From Toensbergia leucococca (taxonomy: Eukaryota), in the NCBI GenBank assembly GCA_022813965.1, contig JALDZS010000186.1, forward strand, positions 1 to 45,335: a stretch of 45,335 nucleotides of DNA. Direction: 5' to 3'. The position numbers and the translations under genes were made by a program. Below, in pieces: positions 35,238 to 45,335 of the stretch. Every line of letters begins with the position of its first letter. The first letter of the stretch is position 1. Under the pieces are notes generated by a model. The model saw nothing but the letters and a program-made list of their open reading frames with translations, was not told the origin of the DNA and searched no databases.

Positions 35238-35827
35238 TTCCCACACTTGGCTGCGTACCAAAAGTGAATCACAAGCTTTGATAAAGAACATCAATTACGA
35301 CGATGTCAGATCAATATATATACATAATTGAAGACTGAAAAGTGACATTTCTTGATACATGTATCTCAAACGTGTGTTTTGACGATTTTCCAAAGTATTC
35401 TCATGCTAGCGCTGCAGTACGATAGGTACCTACCAAATGACTTCCCGAACCTCATCTCCTACAATGTCAGACTGCACCACATATTCTTCGCCTTTGTTTC
35501 CTTTCAATGATTGGCACAACCCATGGATTGTGGTAATGCCTGGACCCCCATTTTCCTGTTACGCCTTTGAGACGTTGGAGCCCGCCGCTAACGTCGACTA
35601 TGCTGGATGCTTCCACTCGAGGACTCTGCAGCGCTTGGAGCTGTAGAGCGACACTTTGCTGCTCTGAAGTCTCCACACCGCCCTTACAGATTTGAGTCTT
35701 TGATGATTAACCGAGACAGGGTATCCGGACGACATGCCTATTTCGACGTGTATTTCTTCGTTAGAAGTCCCTGTGCAGCAGGTCGACATTGAATTTTGTG
35801 TAGGACCCATTGGAATATATTAAAATA

Positions 35828-37354
35828 TCAGGAATCAAACAATGGTCCATATGCGGGTATCCCTCGTGCTTCGAAACCGAACACAAGATCTCGCACGACG
35901 TTTGGTCTCGAAACAACAAACACCGCTTCAGCATCAAAATCCTTGACAAGGTTCCATGCAATGCCCATCATATCTTGTCGACCGTGTTTATCAGTATCGA
36001 TTATTAGTGCATCTTCATCAAGCTTTAGGACGGCATTCAAAATGTCATCCCCATAAGTCTTCTGCGGAGCTTTGGTTTGCCATAGCACTCGGGTTGGCGG
36101 TACTTTGTCCGATGTCAGAAATGCAAGAATTGGCCCTATACCTGATCCAGTGGCCACAATAAGTATCCTGCGGAACAGGGCAGCTGTGTAGCCGAATCCA
36201 TATATGGGTACAGCTCGTTTCCACAGTCGAGTTGGCTGATTCTTGATGCACGCCGAGGTCCAGTCCCCGGCTTTTGAGACGAGGCAAGAGAAAGTTTTTC
36301 CATCTGAGCCTGGTATAGCGGCGAAGCTGTGCCAGTCTTTCAATGGGTGAGTTGAAACTCCAATACCCTGACCAAAATGGGCTTGAGTGTAATCAAAGCG
36401 TAGACGGATAGCATGGTCTGAAAGATATTCCGGCTCGACTGACACTTTCCGGAGCATTGCCCATGGCAAGATGAGGCTCATGGCGATGACAACCGCGAAC
36501 CAGAAACTCGGAAAGATTACCAGGAAATGACCAAGAGACATCATCTCTGCCTTCCGCATATCGTTTGCAAGAACCAGTAAAAGAGTCCAGAAGAGCACGA
36601 CGAGCAGCCAGCCAGAGAAACGATGGGTGAGCTCAAAGATATCATGCTTCTTAAATCGAAATGTTGGATGAGCGGCGATGATCATGATTGTCAAGAGAAA
36701 CAGGATCAAATACATGATCACCACTACCTGTGCCGATCTAATCTGTGGAGGTTGCGAGAGGGCGTAATCTCGAGAAGCCAAACCAACGAAAGCGAAATAC
36801 CAGATGAGAGCAGCGACGCCACAGCCGCTGTGGATACCACCGTAATGGGAAATTTTGGCCGCTCTTCGCCTCAAACACAAAGGCGCTGTCCTCGGAACCG
36901 AACAAAGTGCCAAAAGCATGGCATTCACAACATAAGGGCTACGAGCAAGACCTGAGACCATTAGGTTAGCTGCTGCGGCATTGACGACCGCAGTCAACGT
37001 CCGATGTCGGATGAGTATGATAGCGAAAGCAGCAAAATTCGCAAAGAAAACAATGCAAAATAGTCGACGGTACACGGTGAATACCAGGTAGCGAAACTTC
37101 TGACACTTGGAAGCAAAAGGTGTCTCTGGGAGTGGTGGCACGGCCGTTTTCTCAAGAAGTAACGAATCGAAACTCGGCGAAGGCGAAGAAGCTCGAGAAG
37201 TCGATGGTTTGGAAAGGCATGTTTCGGTAAGAGCAGTGTATCCGAATTCGAGGTCCGGTGACTTTAAGTCATCAAAGACCTGCATCTGCGCGGCGATGAA
37301 TGCATCGTGGTCGGTCTGGTCGGCTGGAAGCAATCGCTGAGTCTGTAGCTCCAT
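35828..37354 (-). CDS. TmpA-like integral membrane oxidoreductase (TM + FAD/NAD(P)-binding FNR-like module)
   Basis: HYGGIHSGCG, FELTHRFSGW, DWHSFA, KAGDWT, VATGSGIGP and AYGPLFDS motifs, with multiple TM helices. Confidence 0.88.
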   Translation of the reverse strand: MELQTQRLLPADQTDHDAFIAAQMQVFDDLKSPDLEFGYTALTETCLSKPSTSRASSPSPSFDSLLLEKTAVPPLPETPFASKCQKFRYLVFTVYRRLFCIVFFANFAAFAIILIRHRTLTAVVNAAAANLMVSGLARSPYVVNAMLLALCSVPRTAPLCLRRRAAKISHYGGIHSGCGVAALIWYFAFVGLASRDYALSQPPQIRSAQVVVIMYLILFLLTIMIIAAHPTFRFKKHDIFELTHRFSGWLLVVLFWTLLLVLANDMRKAEMMSLGHFLVIFPSFWFAVVIAMSLILPWAMLRKVSVEPEYLSDHAIRLRFDYTQAHFGQGIGVSTHPLKDWHSFAAIPGSDGKTFSCLVSKAGDWTSACIKNQPTRLWKRAVPIYGFGYTAALFRRILIVATGSGIGPILAFLTSDKVPPTRVLWQTKAPQKTYGDDILNAVLKLDEDALIIDTDKHGRQDMMGIAWNLVKDFDAEAVFVVSRPNVVRDLVFGFEARGIPAYGPLFDS

Positions 37355-38451
37355 GTTGTATTTCTTTACTCAAAGATCCTCGGACTCGTGATTTAGCAAA
37401 AGGAAGATCTCAAAGAAGATATATGACGAATAGAATCTATATGTACATTACCAATGCTAAAGGAAAAAAGCACCAAATATCATGGTTTGAAAGATATACA
37501 AATTTGAAAGAGAAAGGGAATCTGCATCTCCGCAACAGAATATCTAGATTCCTTCTTGCCAAATCCTTCAGGTCGCAGCTGTATACAATAACTTTATCTT
37601 CCATCATTCTACCGACATTCAACCGCAATACAGGTTGTAAGAATAGTATCAAAACAGGGCTGAAGCGATATACTTTGTGGCGCGGGCGAAATCCTTCAGT
37701 CGAGTCGACAGCCAATCAAATACACGTGCGGCGGGCTGAAACGGCGTTGGGATTTTGCTGAGCACGGTTTACTTTATATATTTTGATATGAGTATGTTTC
37801 ACTATTTTCAGTTTTCAGCCTAAATGGGCATGTTTCTTCTGTTAGTACACATGAACTAGGCCTTGAGATGAGGGTGTGGTGTTTGTGAGGGAGATTTTGA
37901 AGAATTGAGAATTGAGGGAGGGAAGGGTTTGAAGGGGAGGTTTGAATATGAGGTAGATATGTCAGTGTAGAGAAGATGATTTGACTTCTCAGGCTTGATG
38001 ACATTAGGTCCTTCTCTGTGTCTGAACCTATCTCCCTATGTATCCTCGCGGCTTCTTGCTTCTTTCAACGCCTCGACGCCTCTGCTTCTGTGAGTGAACG
38101 TAGAATAGTCGCTTTGTCATCAATACGGCCGACTCTACGACTGCGCCCAGCCTCGAAAAGCAGTCTTACACTTTTACCTTTTTCTATTCTGCTTCACAAT
38201 TGCCTTTTCGGGACTGAGTCGATGCTACTCTTCTACCTCCATCTTCCAACTCGCGCATTACTATCGGCAAAGTCAGAGGCCGCCGTACTCCGTACAGCTC
38301 GCAGCATTACGGCCAGGCTAATGGAAAAGCCATGAGTCATCCCACCCGCACGCCGTTTACTACTTTGCCATGACTTCCAACATCTATTCCCTACCAGCGA
38401 CAAAACACCGCCACGGCATATCTCTCCACCGAGGCACATTAAATTACGAAA

Positions 38452-39390
38452 ATGGCTCCCCGCACACTGGTCTACCCTAAAAAGGGCGAAAGTACCGTAA
38501 AAAGATACAATGATCGAGGTAAAACATCCCCCGCCATGCCAATGCAACAAAACCCTAACTTCCCGAACAGCTACCTACGACGTCCGAACAATCCACACCA
38601 TCGTCAACACTACGCCTGTCGTGCATGTCTCCTTCACTCCAGACCCAGACCAGCCATTTCCCGCCATTCTCCCAATGATAGGCCAAATGGGCTCCTACAC
38701 CCGCCCTTCCGTAAGCCCTACCTCCCCAACACAAAATCCCCACCCTCCAAAATCCACTGACCATCTACCCCCCCCCAGGCCGATCTAGGTGATCCCTTAG
38801 ACTGCTACCTCCACGGCTACGTCTCCTCGCGCCTCATGAACCTAAGCCGGCAATCCCCCAAAGGCCTCCCCGTCTGCATCGCCGCGACAAAAGTGGACGG
38901 TCTAGTCCTCAGCCTCACGCCCAACAGCCACAGCTACAACTACCGCAGCGCAGTCCTATTCGGCTACGCCACCCCCGTCACCGACGTCGAGGAAAAACTC
39001 TGGGCCATGGAGTTGGTCACCAACAGCGTCCTGCACGGCCGCTGGAAAGACACAAGGGTCCCACCCGACGGGGGCGAGATGAGCTCGACGCAGATCCTGA
39101 GAGTCAAGATTGACAGCGGAAGCGGAAAGATTCGGCAGGGGTGGCCGCATGACAAGAAAGAGGATACAGGCGACGAGGAGATTGTGGGGCGGGTGTGGAC
39201 GGGGGTGGTGCCGGTGATTGAGAAATACGGAGACCCGATTCCGGGGCCGCTGAATCGGGTTGAGGAGGTACCGACGTATATCCGGGATTTTGTGGACGGG
39301 GTGAATGGGCGGAATGAGGGATATGTTGCGGAGAGTTGTAGGGAGCCTGTGGGGGCGAAGAAGAAGGAGGGGCTTGAGGAGGATGATTGA
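38452..39390 (+). CDS. Flavin-nucleotide-binding, pyridoxamine 5'-phosphate oxidase-like (NimA-like) protein, 3 exons, about 272 aa
   Basis: Exons are 38452-38518, 38571-38710 and 38779-39390 (819 nt). Motifs are RATYD, HVSF, YLHGYVSSR, VDGLVL, HSYNYRSAVLFG and WTGVVP. Confidence 0.92.
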
Positions 39391-40955
39391 TGTGGGCATG
39401 CAAGCTGGGTTGTCACTTCAGGGATTGTGGCTTCAGGGACGGCGTTTCGATTCCGAGATTTTTCGGCTCTACTTTTCAAAGAAATGCCTCCGTTCCTATA
39501 TCCAAATCCCCTCCCAAAACCCCTCCATCACATCCTCCCTGCCCTCCCCAACAATCCCCACTCCTGGCCCCCCACCCTCATACCCTTCCTTTCTTTCTTT
39601 CTTTCTTTCTTGCCTTTCTTTCTTCCAACCACCACTCCCCCCACCTTATCTCCGCCCCAGATCTCCCAATACATACCCCACTGATACCTGTCTGAGACGT
39701 AGGGTACAGAACGGGTTTTTGGGCTTGAGTCTCGGCGCGTCTGAAGTGTGGAGATTTACTTTGGGATGGGTTTGTTTTGGGTTGTTTTGTTTGGGCTGGG
39801 GGAGAGGGGGGGTTGGGGTTGTGGGTTTGGGGTTGGGTGTTGTATCTTGGAGGTGCGATGTCAATGGTATCAGTTTGCTTTAAAAGAAAAAGCGATTTTC
39901 TTTGTGATGGGTTAGGCATGCTGCATTTTGCTCCCATTTTCCTTCATCTACATTCTTTACGAAACCCGCTTGTGTGCAGAAAGAAAAGGCTGGGTTTATT
40001 TTATGGGTGTCATTTCCCGAGTGTTTATGATTGAAAAAAAACAGTCTCAAACTAGAGGGGATTCGGACGGGTTTTCAGGATCTTATTTTCCCTTTTCGTT
40101 TTGTGCGCAGGAGCAGAGGTTGAGTTTAGGTTTTAGCTAATTGCGTGCTGAATATGATCATGCGTGATGATTGATTGACACATGAGAGGAGTTAAATGGA
40201 GAGGATGGGAGGGTTTTGGGCTGGGGTGCGAAATGCGGGTAGAGGTGCGGTTGAAGAGGTCTTTTGAGCTGCCTTTTTTGGGGGGTGATGGGGAAGGGAG
40301 ATGGGAATGGTGGATTTGGGGTTATAGGGGGGAAGGGGGTGGGGGGGGGAGGGGTGGGGGTGATGGGGATGAGGAAGGGCGGTTGGGGTTGGTGGTTGAT
40401 GGTTGTTGGGGTTTAGAGGGTGGGGAATGGATGCCGAAAATATGGGCTATGAAGGGTACAGAGCTCCTCAAAGTATTTACTCCAAGCGTGGCGCAAGCAA
40501 TTCAGATGTGTGAAGTTGTGGTGACTTTGACCCGCGCACAAGATAGATTTTGAGTATTCTTGAACATTTCTTTACTTTTTTTATGGGGCGGGCTGTGGTT
40601 TTATAAGAGAGTTGTGAAGGGTTTTTCTTGGTATGTTGGACAAAAGACTGATGGGGCTGGAAGAAAGATATGTTCTAAGGAGGTGGCCTGAGGGCTGAAT
40701 ATCGTGGATCGGGGAATGAGATGACGTGTGTGTTATGTTATCGATGTTGGCCCGGCTAGAAGACTTCACAATGACGCGTGGACTCAGTTGAATAGAATAG
40801 CTCCTTTTGATCTCATCAAAGAGGGTGGCAAGATGATGAATCCGAAGCTGAAAGTGTGGGACGGGGGTTGGGCAGTTGATTAAGTAGTGTTAACGGTCTG
40901 TTCTTTGACTTTTCTGGGGCTAGAAGCTGGAATGTTGAAAGGGGGAGATGGGGGA

Positions 40956-40985
40956 AGGGATTTAGGGATTTAGGGATTTAGGGAT
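40956..40985 (+). repeat. Telomere-like (AGGGATTT)3.7 tandem repeat
   Basis: agggatttagggatttagggatttagggat. Confidence 0.85.
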
Positions 40986-41731
40986 GAAGTGTAGGGTTGG
41001 AGTGGGTAAGCGGCTAGATGACGGCCCGTGGAAAAAGCGGGATTGGCTAGAATAAGGATCTTAGCGTTAGGGTTGAGGTAAGCTTAAAGCACACCTCGGT
41101 ACGAGGGGTACCTCGCTTAGGTATCATCTGCCGCACTAGCGTACCTTACTACCACGCCTCGACGCCTCCTTGACCGTGCCCAAACTCAGCCTCAAAGTAA
41201 TCTCTTTCTCTTTCTCTTTCTCGTTCTCATAACGTTGTGATGAACCATCGTGCACTGTGCCTGTCATGGTGGCCGAAGGAACTCTGCCATGTCCGTTGCC
41301 TATCACTGCGCCTCAATGGCCTGCTCATGACCATCTAACTGATTGATATTCACCACAACGTCCGTCACAAATATGATATGGCCTTGATTGTAGGAAACTC
41401 AATGTTCATCTGCCTTTGGTCGCATTTCAATTTGTCAATCCTTCTGTCCTTGGTCATCATGTTTTTGCTTGTTGGTTATTGCGAATCTTGATCGCTCGTT
41501 GGTCGTTGGCCTCTGTGCCTCATGTTGGCACGTTAGCCCAGCCTAGTTCAGTCCACTCACTTGATATAAATGTCCTGTTCTGCACCCCGAAGGATCTTGT
41601 GCATTCCTCGTTAACTACATAGCCGGTCTATTGAGAGAAATCCCCCCAATCTATTATCATCAATAACACTATCCTTTACTAGGCCAACCCGAGTCATTCC
41701 TTATAGAAACTCTATATATCATATTTTTACA

Positions 41732-42529
41732 ATGCATCTTCTACTTCCATTATCAGTCTTCTGTTCCCTTTTCGCCACAACCTTTGCCCATCCCTCTGTA
41801 CACCGCAGAGGTCTTTCTCATCTTCACTCCCGTTCCTCGGTCGAGTCCCGCCAGAGCAATACAAACGGTGCATGTTCGGGTTCCGGTCCATATGTCACGC
41901 TCGATAACTCTGAAGGAAGCATTGATCAAATCTTTTACGTGGAGCCCAGTGGAGGCGCTGCGTCTTCAATTTCCGTTGCAAAAGGACAGACGGGATGCTA
42001 CTCTGCAACTGCTGGCAACAGCCCCGCCATATCATGCAACTATAACTCTGGAGCAGGCACCAGAGGTACACGCTTTGAATTCACCTTCAAGTCCCAAGGC
42101 ACGACGGTTTACAATGCCGACATCGAAATGGGCATCAGCAAAGCAACCATGACCCCGACGGATACATCTCTTGAGACCATAGATAAACGACCGTCACTCG
42201 TAGGCGAGCCTGATCCTGTCGCGCACGCAAATCAATTCTGGTCTTCTGTAAGCTCAGCGGACCAAACCGCCATGACGAGCACCGGTCAAATCGTCGCCAG
42301 CGGCGGACAAATCACCGCCATCAACATCCACAAGCAAGCAGATGGATCTCCGGCACCCCAGTCGGTGATCAACTTCTTGCAGCTGACCTGCAACTTCAAC
42401 ACCTACGTCGCAACTGGAGCAATAGCAGGCGTCACGCCCACGGCCGCCCAAAACGCCTCGGATAGTAACGCGAATACGCATGTCATGACTATTGCCACCA
42501 ATGAATTCATTATCAAGACTATGGACTGA
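41732..42529 (+). CDS. Secreted Ser/Thr/Gly-rich protein (signal peptide + likely propeptide)
   Basis: Signal peptide MHLLLPLSVFCSLFATTFA-HP, HRR/SR processing-like sites, 4 Cys in the mature region, and a good ACAATG context. Confidence 0.85.
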   Translation: MHLLLPLSVFCSLFATTFAHPSVHRRGLSHLHSRSSVESRQSNTNGACSGSGPYVTLDNSEGSIDQIFYVEPSGGAASSISVAKGQTGCYSATAGNSPAISCNYNSGAGTRGTRFEFTFKSQGTTVYNADIEMGISKATMTPTDTSLETIDKRPSLVGEPDPVAHANQFWSSVSSADQTAMTSTGQIVASGGQITAINIHKQADGSPAPQSVINFLQLTCNFNTYVATGAIAGVTPTAAQNASDSNANTHVMTIATNEFIIKTMD

Positions 42530-43542
42530 GAAACCATTACGATGGTTTTATGTATACGAGTTTACGCCCAGAAATCGACAATGTTAGGAGATTTGATCGC
42601 AGGTGTCGATGGTACTGGTTTACCCTCGAAACAGCAGCCGTTGACAGGATACAACGACTCTACATTCATTTTATTTCTTCTTCCCCAAAAAGCTGGTCCT
42701 TTTTACACACCCTCATACCTCCTTTTCCCAGTCTTGATCAACGTTCTTTTGTTTCAAAAAAAGCCCAAAGCATTCAGCTCCATCTTCATTCGCTTCTTCC
42801 ATAGGCAAATTACACGGTGGATAGATTCCCGATTAGATTTTACGGAATATATGACTAGCGAGTTATAGAATTTTTATATACATCCGCGCAATGAAACAAT
42901 CCCCCTTTCTACCCAGCCACCCAGCTTAAAAATCAAAAAACCAAACAAAGATCTACTTACAAAAACCCAGCGCAGGCCCCCCCCAAAGACATAAAGTACA
43001 TCATCCGCACTTTTCATAATCGTCCTCACTAATACCTAAAGCTCTCCAACCACAAAGCCAAAAACAAAATCGCCAACCATCTCAGAATAGAACCCCATCA
43101 CAAAACCAGCTACTAAATTTGCAACATCGGCGAAGACCAGATACCGGATTCCGATACAGCCCAAAAGGCCGACCGCATGAATTCTCCTCCTCCCTTTCAG
43201 CACAACAAGGCTTCTTACAGCTCCGCGCAGAGCCTGATCTGACAGCACACAGTGACGGGCATATCAACACTAAGTAGCCCTTCCTTTTCAGACGTTCAAT
43301 TTAATCAGTCACCCAAGCCCTCACGCCCAAAAAAAGGCTCTGTTCCCACATTTAAGAAAATGCGCTGCAAAAACGTCACAAACTCACCTACCCAAGTCTC
43401 TCAGTTCGCGATAAACAGCCAACAAAAAAGCTGTCTACCCGATCCTGCCAAATCGGAGGGGAGGGAAATAGGTGGGCTGTTGCTGATTGCTTTGAGTCAA
43501 TATCCTGCTGACGAACAACACGCAAAAAGAAAAATATATATA

Positions 43543-44414
43543 GGCTCCTATCATTCCCACACCCCAATTCAACAATCCAACACCCCAATTCAATAACCCT
43601 ACACCCCCCCCAAACATATCTGAACAGGCAATTACTCAGCCCGGGCTTAGAGAAAAAACATCACGTTTCTGCACCACATGTTGAGCTTGATTCCCCAGAC
43701 ACTTTTGCATGCTCTAAGGTATTTCATATCACTTATCATCTCTACTAAACACAAAAAAAAGCATGCTTTTGTATCACATTTAATCCTGACTCAGTTCCCT
43801 ATAGCCCTAGGCGCACAATCACCCCCCTGAGCGCATAAAGAATCATCATGATTTCGCACCCACATTATCACTTGAAATTCTCCATCACTAAAAACATATG
43901 ACCATCTACTTATTCCGTTCTCCTGCCATCTAACGTCAAATTTACCTAGGAGGAAAAAGCATGCTTTTGTATCAACATTCTGACTCAATCCCTTCAGTGT
44001 AAGATTACAATTCTGAAAATCATGAAATAAGATTATTATTTATATGAATGGTGACCTGACCCTCTCATCTCTTACCTTGTTCTCACCCTTACTCTCAGTC
44101 TCACATTCATGCTTTACTTTCTTCTTCTTGCGTTCCTCCTTGTGTTCCTTCTCAGCAAAGTTAGAACACAGCTCTCCTTCTGACGGAGGAGTGAAAGGCA
44201 TGATGAGGATGAGGTGGAGGGTGACAATGAGCTGAAGGATGAGGTGGAGGATGAAGGGTGCGGTGAAGGATGAAGGGGTGAGAGGTGCAAAAACATCGCG
44301 GGTTAACGCCCGGGCCTCATAAGTACCTATTCGGGTATGTTTGAGGGGGGGTTGTAGGCTCATCAAAAATGGGGTGTAGGATTATTGAATTGGGGTGTAG
44401 GAATAATAGGAGCC
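43543..44414. mobile_element. Non-autonomous long-TIR element (copy 3) inserted in a (TA)n tract
   Basis: TA|GGCTCCTATCATTCCCACACCCCAATTCAA...TTGAATTGGGGTGTAGGAATAATAGGAGCC|TA. It shares the AAAAGCATGCTTTTGTA and GAATCATCATGATTTCGCACC motifs with copy 2. Confidence 0.85.
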
Positions 44415-44437
44415 TATGTATATATATATATATATAA

Positions 44438-45335
44438 TTGTTCCCAACGATGACAATGACGACGCACACTACTATGATCTCAGATATTATCGGCCTGACA
44501 AATCATTATCTAATATAGAAATCAGAACATTTTAAATCATACCTTCAAAAAAACATCAGACTTCTGCATCTCTCAGCCCTAACCATTCACTACACAAATG
44601 ATCAGCTGCCCGCAGACATTCAACGCCTGAAAATTCTGCAGAGCGTACTTTGAAGACCCTTGCCTTCAAGGTCTCAGTTCTAAAAATTATCCGCTCAGCT
44701 CTTGACTCAAAAAACACACAGCTACAGCTTTTTCTTTCTGACATGTTATCATCACTGAACCCTCAAAAAAGAACAGAAGACAGCGCAATTAAATTTTATA
44801 AAGACTCAGAAGCTGAAGGTTATCAAAATTCTCTTTCTCTGTATTACTAAAAGAAAAACATCATGAGTCATGCAGTCCAGCGGGGCTGCCAGAGCGCGAT
44901 TCAGTTCATTAACTCAATCATCAATTTATAGTGTTGTAAGCAGGCCAAGGTAGTTGGGTGACTTGGCCCTAGAATCTCTTGATAGCCTATACTTGCTCTT
45001 TGGTGGAGAACGGATGCATCTTGATATTGCTTCTGACTCTGAAGCAGATAGACAAGGCATCAGACACTTATCAGTGTCTCAGAATGCTTCATTTCTAGCA
45101 TCTTCTCTGTCAGCTTCAGCGTTTACTGATTTATCACCTCAGCCTCCTTATACTTTTTCTGACTGTTTAGTGTTAACATCAGATTGCTTATGCTTATCAG
45201 TATGCTAGAATGCTTCATTCTCAGCATCTTCTTTAGCTTCAGTGTCTGTTAGTTTATTACCTCAGTCTTCTCATACTTTTCTTGACTGTTTAGTGTTCTC
45301 ATCAAGTTGCTCATGCTTATTAGTGTGTTAGAACT
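44438..45335. mobile_element. Degenerate (RIP-like) repeat/transposon relic continuing beyond the window
   Basis: AT-rich, CpG-poor and TCA/TGA-rich sequence with broken ORFs. The family is not identifiable. Confidence 0.5.
45067..45335 (+). repeat. ~125-bp tandem repeat (units of 126 and 123 bp, plus a partial unit)
   Basis: Units start at 45067, 45193 and 45316 (cttat(c/t)agt...agaatgcttcatt...gactgtttagtgtt). Confidence 0.85.

Noticed and set aside
44438..44470. TGTT... start after the (TA)n tract as an LTR 5' end
   Set aside because: No matching CA end, PBS or second LTR is visible in the window.

Overview
This is the left end of a filamentous ascomycete (Pezizomycotina-type) chromosome. 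A (CCCTAA)n telomere (1-99) is joined directly to a mutated Ty3/Gypsy integrase-chromodomain fragment. A 40-bp fold-back hairpin links that fragment to a 5-exon gene encoding HeLo/SesA-like, ubiquitin-like and Cys4 domains, whose frame continues past a TAG into a PKS-type acyl carrier (GLDS) domain. The rest is an accessory subtelomeric region. It holds three related non-autonomous long-TIR elements, several pseudogenes, an O-methyltransferase, a Cys-rich duplicated-module protein, an F-box protein and a divergent P450/epoxide hydrolase pair. It also holds an intronless TET/JBP-like 2OG-Fe(II) dioxygenase, an HSL-family esterase, a TmpA-like membrane oxidoreductase, a PNPOx-like flavin-binding protein and a secreted protein, and it ends in degenerate repeat DNA. 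All family calls come from reading motifs by eye; no searches were run.
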